NCBI RefSeq assembly: GCF_001194135.2 | Contig: NC_068982.1 | Location: forward strand, 156,427-220,426 | From: Octopus bimaculoides | Taxonomy: Eukaryota | Direction of reading: 5' to 3' | DNA length: 64,000 nucleotides | In this document: positions 54,601 through 64,000 of the stretch, in pieces | Position numbering within the stretch: position 1 is the first letter of the stretch | How the letters are laid out: each line of letters begins with the position of its first letter | Notes under the pieces: model-generated | The model's database searches: none | What the model saw: the letters and a program-made list of their open reading frames with translations, nothing else | Told to the model about the DNA's origin: nothing | Made by a program: the position numbers and the translations under genes

Positions 54601-57600
54601 AGACCTCACCAATACTGACTTCACAACCTTTCAATTCTGAGGCCATGACTTTCAATGGGGAAGTCAACAAATCCATGACAGAAGTCTCTCCATTACAATC
54701 ATACAAATTCCACTGACATTTCTTTCCACATCCCATGTATAGACCTAAAATACATTCTTTGGAAAAATCTTCACTTTTAGTTAAGGATTTTAAAATTTGA
54801 TTGAATTTATGATGCATCTTAAAAGAGTCATCATTTCTTCCAAAAAAATTTACACTTTCAAGTTTTGATGGAATACAAAGACAAGGATAATCCAAACAGA
54901 AAGGCATAGCAGAGCGATAATGTTCCAAGTGTATCATCTTTTCTGTGCCAAAATCTATCAGAGAAACCAGTAAAGAATCATTATTGATGTCCAACACTTC
55001 AGCTCGGGTCCATTCCTCTGTTTCTAATTTTATCAAAACTAGCTGACCTTTGAAGGGGCTGCAAGAAAGAATAAAAAAAAGAAATACTATTGTAATCCAT
55101 TTCAAAAATATCACAAACTGTATAAGACTTGTGTACAAAAATCAGATGCACCAAATGTAGAAGCTAAACTGTGTCATCATTTAATGTCATCATTTAATGT
55201 CAATTTTCTATTTTGCAAAGTTTGGCAGAACCTGGCAAGGCTAGGAGTCACACCAGGCCCCATTCTGTTTTGGCTTCTACAGCCAGATGCCCCTACCTAA
55301 TGCTTTACAGAATGGACTAGGGGTTTTGTACCAATTCAAAGATTAAAAGTATAGAGGGACATAGATAGGTGTCTTGCTGTTGATACCCCAGATAGAAAAT
55401 GGTATATATTGAACTGTGTGATGACATTCCTACAAGGTAGTGGGGGGAAGGGAGGGACAGAGGTTTGGGGTGGGTGAGTTAGGTGGGATAGAAGGGAAAG
55501 TTTCATAAGAGCGTGAAGAGAGATGGTGTAAAGGTGACTGTAGAAAGTGATGGTGTGAAATATAGGAGTGACTTGGAGGGTGAATATGGAGTGTGTGTAT
55601 AAATATTGGGTTGGCAATTAAGTTCCGGCCATTTAAAAAAAATTTTGGAATCTATTTTATTTTGTTTTTTTCTCTAGTTAATTTAAGTTTTTTTTTTTTT
55701 TTTTTTCCAGCTCATTAAAATGGAATGCCAAGTTAAGAAAAACAAGCATTTTCCACACCTCCTCCTTTTTACTTTTAATCAAGGTTCTAAGGTCACAAAA
55801 GCTGCTCGCGACATTTGTGCTGTGTATGGAGAGGGAGCCATAGCTGAAAGAACTGCTTGTGATTGGTATGCCAAATTCAAAAATGGAAATTTTGACCTCA
55901 AAGACGCATCTCGTTCTGACCGTCCAATTGAGTTCGATGAAGAGCGATTAAACCAACTTTTGCACGAAAATTCTCATCAAATGACAAGGGAACTAGAGAA
56001 GCATCTTCCCTCGATGGGAAAGGTTCAGAAGTATGGAGCATGGGTTCCGCATGCTTTAAGTGACCACAACAAAAATCAACAAGCCACAATCTCCACTGGT
56101 TTGCTTGCTCGCCACCACTCAACTCATGGACACAGGCATTGATTTCTTTACCGAATAGTTACCGGCGACGAAAAATTGTGCCTTTACATCAATATGAAGC
56201 AGCGTAAGGAATGACTTGGCCCCGGTAAATAAGCGACACCATGCGTGAAACAAGATCTTCATTCACGAATTGCTTGAATGGAACCAAACGGTCAACGCGG
56301 AACTTTATGTTCAACAGATGGAACGACTCAACATGGCTATTCAAGAGAAAAGACCAAATCGACAGCATGGAGCTCTTCTGCTGCCCACCCTCATATTGCC
56401 AATATGACCAAGGAAGCCATTCAAACGCTGCCACACCCACTGTAATCTCCTGATTTGGCACCAATGGTTATCCACCTCTTTCGATCTCTTTCAAATGCTA
56501 TGTGCAGAGTTTCGTTGAATACTGATGCAGAATTGAGAGCTTGGTTGGATCAATTTTTCGAGTTGAAATCAGGTGATTTCTACCAACGAGGTATTGAAAA
56601 TCTTGTTGAACCTTGGGAAGAAGTTGTAAACGACAAGAGTGAATACATTATTGATTAATTAGTTATTTTTTATTAAACCTTTTAAAAAATTTTAATTTAA
56701 AAAACAACAGCAGGAACTTAGTTGCCAACCCAATATATATATGTGTGAGGGCATTGAGAGTGCTAGCAGAAGGGATGGGGAGAGGGAGAGGGAGAGCAAA
56801 AGGAAGAGAAAGGACTGGTAGAAATAATAGGGGCAGGGAAGATAACAAGAAACGGAAATAGTTGGGGGAGGGGGTATCCAAAGAGAGGAGATATAATATG
56901 TGCTTACTCTGCTCTCAGGTGATTATAGCAGCCAAGTAATGCCACAGAGAAGTGATGAATGTTAGGTGGTGAGGTGTGGGGGAAATTCTTGACATAAAGA
57001 AAATGGAGATGGAGAATGAGCTCCACATATTCAATCATTACTAAAGTGATTTTAGGATATCAATTATGGATGGGTCTTCATGACCACATGAAGCTGCCCC
57101 AGTTATCTCAAAGAACCATCATCTTGAGACTGACCTTGTCCCAAGTCTTCTTCCACAAATTCCATCCACCTTAAGTGATGGACACTTTTTTATGCAACTG
57201 TCCTTGTCCATATGCATCACATGACCAAACTGACACAGTGTTCTCTCTTGCACACTACATCCAATCCCTCTTATGCCCAACGTTTCCCTCGACACATAAC
57301 CACTGTCATACATGCAAACTGACATTGCACATTCAACACAGCACATTAGCCCCATCTCTATTTTCTAATCTTCACATGTCCTCTGCATTTAAGGCCCAGG
57401 TCTCATTACCATGTAGCAATACTGTTCATACACATGCATCCTGTACATATTCTAGCAATTATACGCTTGGAGCATCTTCCTCCACTGCTAATTAGATTGC
57501 CTAGTTAACAGAAATTATCCACTAACTCTAGAGAGCTTCACAGGTATTTGAGAAAATCATCTTCCCGTGTGACCTCAGACTCTATGGCAACTTAGCATCT

Positions 57601-60600
57601 ACATACAAACACTACTTTCTATGTGTTCGCCCTCCCATTATTCCACTGCATCTCTTGTGTGTCCTTAGCTTGTACCGAATACACCTGCCTAACATATCAA
57701 GCAGGGCCACTTACCTGAAAAGGACAGTGATCCTGTCTGTTTTATTGCTTACTAGAACCTTGCTCTTTAAGACCTTTCCATTCTAGCTTTTGATGCTGGT
57801 GATTTTATATCAAGTAGAACTAAGTACTGAGCAAGACCACATCCCTGAAGATAGCAGATTTCTCTCTTCTTTCTTTCTTATTTAGTCTTTGCTAAGTTTA
57901 CCTTGAGGAATCTTAAGTCTAAGTTTAGCTTCATGCCTGGAATTTCCTAATTCACTCCCTCTCCTTCTCCACAACTATGTAAATCTCACTCTCTCCAGTC
58001 ATTACACCCGTTTCTCCCCCACCCCACCCATGCACTCTTCCAACCTACCCGATCACATGTCATTTCGCTCTACCGTAGCCTTTCTTACCCAAAGAGGGTC
58101 TTAGGATGCATGGCAACATTACTAGAGCTGGAGCCATAAAAACAAAGTACCCAGTGCACAGTTTATAAAGTGACTGGCATTAGGAAGGGCACCTGTCCGT
58201 AGAAACCATGCCAAAGCAGACATCAGGGCACACTGCAGTTGTTGGACCTATCAGATCCTGCTAACCCGAACCCAACCCATGCCCACAAGGAACAATGGAT
58301 ATTAAACGATAATGAGGACCCACCTTGTGCCCACACACAAATCCATTGTCACCTGACACATTTTTTCCAACTGTCATACCTGCCTAGGCTCACACTAATT
58401 TAAAAAACAAACTTACATTTCTGAAACAGGACGGCATGACTCAGCATAGCTGCTCAACATTTTGGTAAACTGACAAAAAGCTCTGGATGGCTCATCAGCA
58501 AACTGGACCAGAAAATCCTCAGGAGATTTCACATCAATAACTCGCAGCTTGTGCTTACTGCCATATTTAAGGTTACCAGAAACAAGAGGAACATCACAAG
58601 CCATAACAGGAGACGACCTGAAGTTTGAAAAAAGAAAAGATTATCATCCAGATTTATAATGCAACAAAACAAAATACCTTTCTTTCAAAAGACATTTCCT
58701 TCCAATGTTAGTGAAGAGTTCAATTATTTTTTTCTTTCCGATTGCTGAATTCATACATTTAGAATTTTGTAGGAAAGGTTTTCCCTACTGTTGGGTGCTC
58801 ATCTGACCACTGACCACTCAAACAGGAACTGAATCTATGAGTGATGCTAACCAAAATCATTAGAAAAAATATTATTTAGCTCTTTCACATTCAAACCAGC
58901 CAGATCTGACCAAACTATTTAACCTGTTTTATGTTGAAACTGGCCAGATCCAGCCTCTCACCTCAATCCTACAATGTCGTTCTAAGATTAAACAATCACA
59001 TTAGTGAAATCTCTAAACTGCAAGATAATCCAGGATTAATTCAAAAACAAACAAACAATATTTAACAACAGAGTAACCTGAACAGTGAAGGGTTAGATAT
59101 TAAAAAAGAAGACTTCAGAGATCTACAATCTGTCCCTATCTTTAAGCAACAGGTAACTTATTGTCATGCGCTTAACTTATTCCAACATGTATTGGATTTA
59201 ATCTTAAACCTTTTATTTTTAAACTTATGGTAGCAATCTTCTTCACTGAGAATTGTACAAGTGGATTAATTTGGGAATAAGATTCCCAGTTTGTGTCCAG
59301 TCCAGAAAAAGAAATCAGAAAGCAGTGGATATACATTAATTATACACTTACAGAAAAAAACGGTAATTTTAATAACTTCTCTGAGATACTTAGTCTTTAA
59401 GGTCCAGCAACGAACAGTTGCTGGACCTTAAAGTTGTCAAAAAAAAATAAATAAATAAATATAAAATAAAAAGATTGTTTCCAGGAAGCAAAAGTGCTTT
59501 TCATTAAGGAACAGCAATGCCAATTGCCTTATTCTGCAAGAGGAGCTCTCAAACAGAAAGTTTGAATTACAACCATTGGTTGTCCTCAAATAGAACACAA
59601 TGAGGAATACAAGAGGTATAACAATGGGATTAAGTGATAGGATTAAGTCAACAATCCAAGAATATAATGTTAGCTCTCAACCAAATACAATCAGATCATC
59701 AAAATCCCAAAGTTAGAATTCAAAACAGTGTGACTAAATAAGCATTAGATTTGAGAGAGTAATCTGAATGTGTTAATCTGGGAGGAGTCAGGGACAGGTT
59801 TGTTGGGGTGGAGATTTATGGCCAGGTTCCACTCGACATGGGTGGGTGAAGAGAGAGAGAGAGAGGGAGAGAGAGAGGGGGAGAGAGCAGTGTAAACTGG
59901 TCAAGATGACTTTGAAAGAGTCAAAGAGGAGAACTTACTTCACAATCTGGGGAGTACTCACACTACTCGTTTTAGTAGTTCCGCTTGGTAATGCTGTGCT
60001 ATTCAAATCCAAACTGCTGACAATGTCTTTGTTGATTTTATTTCCCTCTGATGAAAGTAAAGAAAAAAAAAGAAAGAAAAAAAGGTAAATAGAAAAAAAA
60101 GAGTGGTGGACAAATTGGTGAAGTGATTCACAAGTTTTATCAACTGAAACAAATTCCAGAGATTTATAAGAGGGAGACAGAGACAGCAGGGGTTAAATTT
60201 CATTAAAGAACCACCATATAACTTACCAGCATCATATATAAATACTTCTGGAGGAGTTGAATCCTTGACTACTTTCAGCTGATATTGAGAATCTTGGAGT
60301 ATATGCTTTCCAATGAGAGCAGCAAGTTTTGTAGAATTCTTACAAGTTGCTTCACGAGGAAGATTCAGCACACAACACACTGCCTGCAAAAATATATTTA
60401 CATTGAGCAAGAATTTTGAGGTCCTGTTACTTACATTCAATGTTCCTACTCCCACAAGTCTTCTACACTCAAATGCCAATACAACATCAAATGTAAGCCC
60501 TTGTATAACCCTTTGGTTACCGTATTTAAGATGCTCTGTGTTTCTTTCAATTAATTTTAAATATAACAAAGAATTAAAATAACTTAGTTATCATTCAGTT

Positions 60601-62213
60601 GGTGTTAGGAACATAAATTGTGACTAAGGTTTGGTGGAAGATTTTAATTCAAAACTTATGAAAACAAGACATTTGTACTCAGAGCCAGAGCCTGTTTCAG
60701 CCGGGTTGGTATCAAAATGGATAGTAGTCCATTATTATGTGTATGGAGAAAACAATTTTTTAGGGCCTAATAATGCAACAGTTCTCTTAAATTCATTCCC
60801 CCCCTATCAAACCCTGAGGGTTATAAGTTTAGTTCTACTTTCAGCATTTCGTTAGTCAAGTGACTTCTAACATTGCCAAGAAAGAGCCATGCAAAGCCAC
60901 TCAGAAAACCATACACACAACTCACAGTTACTTCTCCTATCAGCTAATCTCCTCACTAACGTCTTAGCATCAGTTTTACAGCACTTTTTCACTTTTTATC
61001 ACCAATTGCAATAAAATCCCCTTCCCATAAAAACAGAATAGAAATTTACCTGTTGTGGCACTTGTTTTAGTTCAGGAGGAAGTACTCTCAACTTGTCAAT
61101 TGTAGTTATTTCACAATTACCAAAATCTATGTATTTCACTTTTACTCTGTTAGGCTTCAAGATTTCCACAAGCATTGCTCGATACCAAACACCATCTTCA
61201 CTAAACACACAGGCATACAACTGGCCAATTCTCAATGACCTCTTGTTCCATACTGGAGAATCATCATCTTTACATGACTGAAACATGATACAAAACAAAA
61301 ACCAAATTAAATTATGTATATTGAATTGTTAAATTCATTTATGATAATAAAAAAAATTTGTCAAATCTTAGTCATTTAAATAGTTTTTTCTCAATGTTCA
61401 GCCCGTAAGAAGACGGATATTAAATGAGGATGATGAAAAAGTAAAGATTTCATAATGTTCTTACCTCATATAATTTACAGACAATTTCCTTTTGTATATT
61501 TTGGTTCTTTTCTGTACTTAACTGAACAAATATGTTCAACTCATTGATATAAGTCACCAATACCTTTAAAAGAAAAGAAAAAAAAAAGGTTATAAAAGAC
61601 ACAAACATATACCACAAGCAACCACTTATTGTTGCAAAAAAAAAAAAAAATTACTCATGCCCACACAAACTTGAAGCCATTTAAAAATACAATTAAATTT
61701 AGTTGATGAAACAATAGAATTTTAGATTTCATTTGTGAAATGAGATGGTTGTCTTTCAAATCTTTTTTTTTTTCACATTCTCTCTCATCTTAGATGATAA
61801 TGAAATTTATGAAAGGTTAATTTGAAGAAAAAAGAAATAGATGAAAAGAAGCAACGAACCTGACAAGTGCCACGAGATGGTAATTCAACAGTTTCTAATT
61901 CATTGCTTTCTCCATTAGAAACCGTGGAACCAATGTAGGATTCTTCAAAATCATCATTCCCAGCCACTGTGTGTTCATGTTTGCTATTACCATGAGCAGA
62001 CTTAGTACGAGACAGGACACTCCCTAGCCATTTATCAGGAATTTCAAGATCAGAAAAGGCATTTTCTACATCTGATTCCCTTTTTGAAAATGACTTTCTT
62101 GAGGATTTGCCAGGTTTTTGCTTTACAGCATCAGATTTGGGGGGAAAATCACAAAGATTTTGATTTGACAATGAAGAATTATGCCTTGTTTGATGGTTGT
62201 TCTGGCGGGATTG
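45525..62213 (-). CDS. Multi-Tudor-domain protein (TDRD1/6/15-like, probable piRNA-pathway scaffold); 4 extended Tudor domains; both ends unresolved
   Basis: Minus-strand exons 62213-61860, 61563-61465, 61277-61050, 60383-60227, 60047-59939, 58617-58417, 55058-53626, 50203-50090, 48358-48194, 45695-45525. All are AG/GT and phase-consistent. Tudor cores: FSEDGVWYRA..YIDFGN; EEWTRAEV..LIDFGT; FSQDNQWYRG..FVDYGN; YSDGKWYRAKV..YVDFGC. Confidence 0.9.
45915..46570 (+). mobile_element. piggyBac transposon 5' end (TTAA + TIR + frameshifted transposase N-terminus), truncated
   Basis: TTAA|CCCTTTTGTTACC at 45915; acidic N-terminus, then PEWSENL..FSEETGP..ALDYFFLL..LFEMITVETNRYA..WFRTS, typical of piggyBac/PGBD transposases. 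Confidence 0.85.
48194..48358 (-). CDS. Tudor gene exon: Tudor core 4, GKWYRAKVMAV..YVDFGC..ARCSLA
   Basis: tttacag|AT acceptor and G|gtaaat donor; absent from the ORF track. Confidence 0.93.
48793..48935 (-). mobile_element. Penelope-like/retrozyme repeat fragment (copy 1), abutted by a young RTE tail at 48945-49065
   Basis: Repeat of 45095-45205; contains the hammerhead motif. Confidence 0.7.
48841..48884 (-). ncRNA. Minimal type-I hammerhead ribozyme motif (intact core and stems I and II)
   Basis: ACAC-CUGAUGA-A-GGCUG-GAGGGUAUAU-CAGCC-GAAA-CG-UU-GUGU: catalytic boxes CUGAUGA/GAAA, 5-bp stem II, 4-bp stem I, palindromic AACGUU in place of stem III. Confidence 0.7.
49068..49155 (-). mobile_element. 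Short tRNA-derived SINE with (AAT)n tail
   Basis: Minus strand: TGGCGTAGCGG A-box and GAGTTCGATTCC B-box; T-arm and anticodon arm mispaired, so not a tRNA gene. Confidence 0.7.
50090..50203 (-). CDS. Tudor gene exon: MEALTDMTEQLNKMC..PEIGEVVCCKYS
   Basis: tcttcag|CT acceptor and G|gtaagt donor. Confidence 0.9.
50700..51320 (+). mobile_element. RTE LINE 3' fragment with tail
   Basis: QVMHMDDKDSCVKKCQSPSVEGTCARGRPRKT, then 3'UTR units and (GAT)n. Confidence 0.85.
53626..55058 (-). CDS. Tudor gene large exon (1433 nt): Tudor cores 2 and 3, Ser-rich linker and start of domain 4
   Basis: cttgcag|C acceptor and G|gtcagt donor; 506-aa ORF in the track. Confidence 0.95.
55190..57700 (-). mobile_element. 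RTE LINE 3' fragment split by a mariner insertion
   Basis: RT at 57119-57700 (SRETLGIRGIGCSVQERTLCQFGHVMHMD..), purine-rich 3'UTR on both sides of the mariner, tail at about 55190-55320. Confidence 0.75.
55606..56733 (+). mobile_element. mariner element with both TIRs and TA TSD; defective transposase
   Basis: TA|TTGGGTTGGCAATTAAGTTCC ... GGAACTTAGTTGCCAACCCAA|TA (21-bp TIR, 1 mismatch); ATG at 55720, WVPHAL, RIVTGDEK, SPDLAP; in-frame stops and internal deletions. Confidence 0.95.
58417..58617 (-). CDS. Tudor gene exon: SSPVMACDVP..VIDVKSPEDFLVQF..
   Basis: acttcag|G acceptor and AT|gtaagt donor; SPEDF.VQ motif. Confidence 0.9.
58866..59097. mobile_element. Degenerate piggyBac-like MITE
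   Basis: Left end TTAGCTCTTTCACATTCA versus right end TGAACAGTGAAGGGTTAG (imperfect inverted, TTAA/CCC-like ends). Confidence 0.45.
59939..60047 (-). CDS. Tudor gene exon: GNKINKDIVSSLDL..TPQIV
   Basis: catcag|AG acceptor and AA|gtaagt donor; phase 1/2 bridges the neighbouring exons. Confidence 0.78.
60227..60383 (-). CDS. Tudor gene exon: AVCCVLNLPRE..PEVFIYDA
   Basis: ttgcag|GCA acceptor and G|gtaagt donor; (Q)AV.C.L motif that follows Tudor cores. Confidence 0.85.
60505..60723. mobile_element. piggyBac-derived MITE
   Basis: Left end ATAA|CCCTTTGGTTACC and right end GGTATCAAAATGG|ATA; the left end matches the TIR at 45915. Confidence 0.65.
61050..61277 (-). CDS. Tudor gene exon: Tudor core 1
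   Basis: tttcag|TCA acceptor and CAG|gtaaat donor; ACVFSEDGVWYRAML..YIDFGNCE. Confidence 0.93.
61465..61563 (-). CDS. Tudor gene exon: VLVTYINELNIFVQLSTEKNQNIQKEIVCKLYE
   Basis: tttaaag|GTA acceptor and GAG|gtaaga donor; N-terminal strands of an extended Tudor domain (..FVQL); absent from the ORF track. Confidence 0.8.
61860..62213 (-). CDS. Tudor gene exon A: Ser/Lys-rich linker QSRQNNH..ELPSRGTCQ
   Basis: gtttcag|CAA acceptor and CAG|gttcgt donor; 118 codons. Confidence 0.8.
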
Positions 62214-64000
62214 CTGAAACAGGAGAACATTAACTCTTACTAAGTACACAATAATCCAGTTCTCGAAGGATACAATCTAAAATAATTGACAAAAGACTTA
62301 ATGTTGTCCAATGACAATGCATGAGTCTAATTAAAAGGTGTTAGGAAGGGCATCCAGCTATAGAAACCATCCAAATCAGACTGGAGCCTCACGCAGCTCT
62401 CCAGCTTGCTAGCTCTGGTCAAACTGTCCAACCTTTGCCAGCATGGACAGCAAACATTAAATGATGATGTAATACATGAAAATATTCATCAAAACATACA
62501 AAAAAAGAAAAAAATTATAGGTTGTTTTTTTTCATACAAACTGAAGAGTTTTAACTATTCCCAAATTATGAAATTCCACTTTCTCTACATCAATTGGACA
62601 TGCTGGAGCAGTAGTTCAACTAGCCACTAGTACTAGCAACATAAAAAAACATCCTGAAACTAAAGCTGTATAAAATAGTTGCAATACCAATTAGTTCTCT
62701 GAACTGAAATTGTACCATCTTGTAAAGATCTCACCATCACAAACAAAGAATCCTCAAATTTACCAGAAGAACTTATGCATAAGAGAATATCCACCATCCT
62801 AATTTTATGACATCATCATCATTTAATGCCCGTTTTCCATGCTGGCATGGGTTGGACGTTTTGACAGGAGCTGGCAAGTCAGTCAGCACATAGTGGTCAA
62901 ATATTATTCGAAACCGTTCGGCCGATCTAGGAGCTGACCAGGTGCACTGAAGGTTTCCACCCTCTCAACAACAATCACTAAGGACATCTAAGGAACAAAC
63001 TTATTTCAAAAGCACTTATTCTCTTCTCTATTTTAGTCTCTGAAGTACAACCATGCTGGGGCACAACATTCAAGGTCCTTTTTTGCTGAACTGCTAAGTT
63101 ACTGGGATGTTAACAAACCAACACCAGTTGTCAAGCAGTAGGAGAGACAAACATAAACAAGGGGTCTCTTTCTCACACAAGTATATTGTTTTAACACCTA
63201 CTTTTCCATCCTTGCATGCAATAAACCAGAGCATGTTGAGGCAGAGCTTCTGTGGCCCAATGCCCTCACTAAACCCTGACTGCTCCAATAATCTATTAGT
63301 CTGATCAGAGAAACAACTCTGGTCCATTTTTACACAGAAAACTGGAAATAAAAACCATGTGAATGAGACTTTTGCTTACAATGACTGCACAAATTATATC
63401 AACAAGCCCTGCTTTCACAGTGGACTGCAAACAAATGACATCATTGTGCTCATTGTATCCAATCAGCAAACATAGACAAAGGCAAGGCTAATACAAATTT
63501 GCACACACACACACACACACACACGATGGACTTGTTTCAGTTTCTGTTTAGTAAGCAAAAGTACACCAAGTGATACTTGTACAATAGGAAGGGTGAATAT
63601 CTAGAAAGAATCCAAAGACAGAGATGTCCATAAATTACTTCAGTAATAAAGGTGGTGTCAGGGGAGAATGGGAAGATGGAAGAGGCACACCTAATCCCTG
63701 CATTAAAAAGCATTTAAAACTTGTTACCACAAGAAACACCAAAGTAAAAAGACAAACATTAAGAGCAATACTATACTTCATAAGACAAATTATGTGGCTT
63801 AGTCCTAGTTCTGAGCAAAATACATTTATGAACCTGTAAGAACGACCGAGCGAACTCATAAAAAGAGAAATGGTGACGAATGGAAAAAGAGAACTCCTTT
63901 TATTTAATACGAGTCACACGGTCGAACACAAAATAATATATCAATGATGATATATAAAATAATGTTATACTACGATAACACAAATAGCCAGTAATGAGGA

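Overview
AT-rich eukaryotic genomic DNA. The repeat families look like those of Octopus (recognition only, not verified), and there are three N-gaps. Two spliced genes lie tail-to-tail. On the + strand is the 3' part of FANCI: 20 GT-AG exons, 270-37599, in one continuous frame of about 895 codons ending at TGA. On the - strand is a multi-Tudor (TDRD-type, probably piRNA-pathway) gene: 10 phase-consistent exons, 62213->45525, with 4 extended Tudor domains and both ends unresolved. The introns are packed with decayed RTE-clade LINE 3' ends (many ~150-200 bp tails ending in (GAT)n, some nearly identical), tRNA-derived SINEs, two mariner loci, a maT/DD37D-like Tc1-mariner, a piggyBac 5' end and related MITEs. 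The most notable unexplained structures are: (i) two minimal hammerhead-ribozyme motifs (Penelope/retrozyme type) in sense orientation, flanking two exons of the Tudor gene; (ii) a 1.5-kb GC/CpG-rich array with a strict 20-bp period in a FANCI intron, whose consensus is one CpG transition away from a p53 half-site; (iii) several long fold-back structures and a pre-miRNA-sized hairpin in FANCI introns. Most six-frame ORFs in the track are artefacts of repeats. All analysis was by eye; repeat boundaries are approximate.
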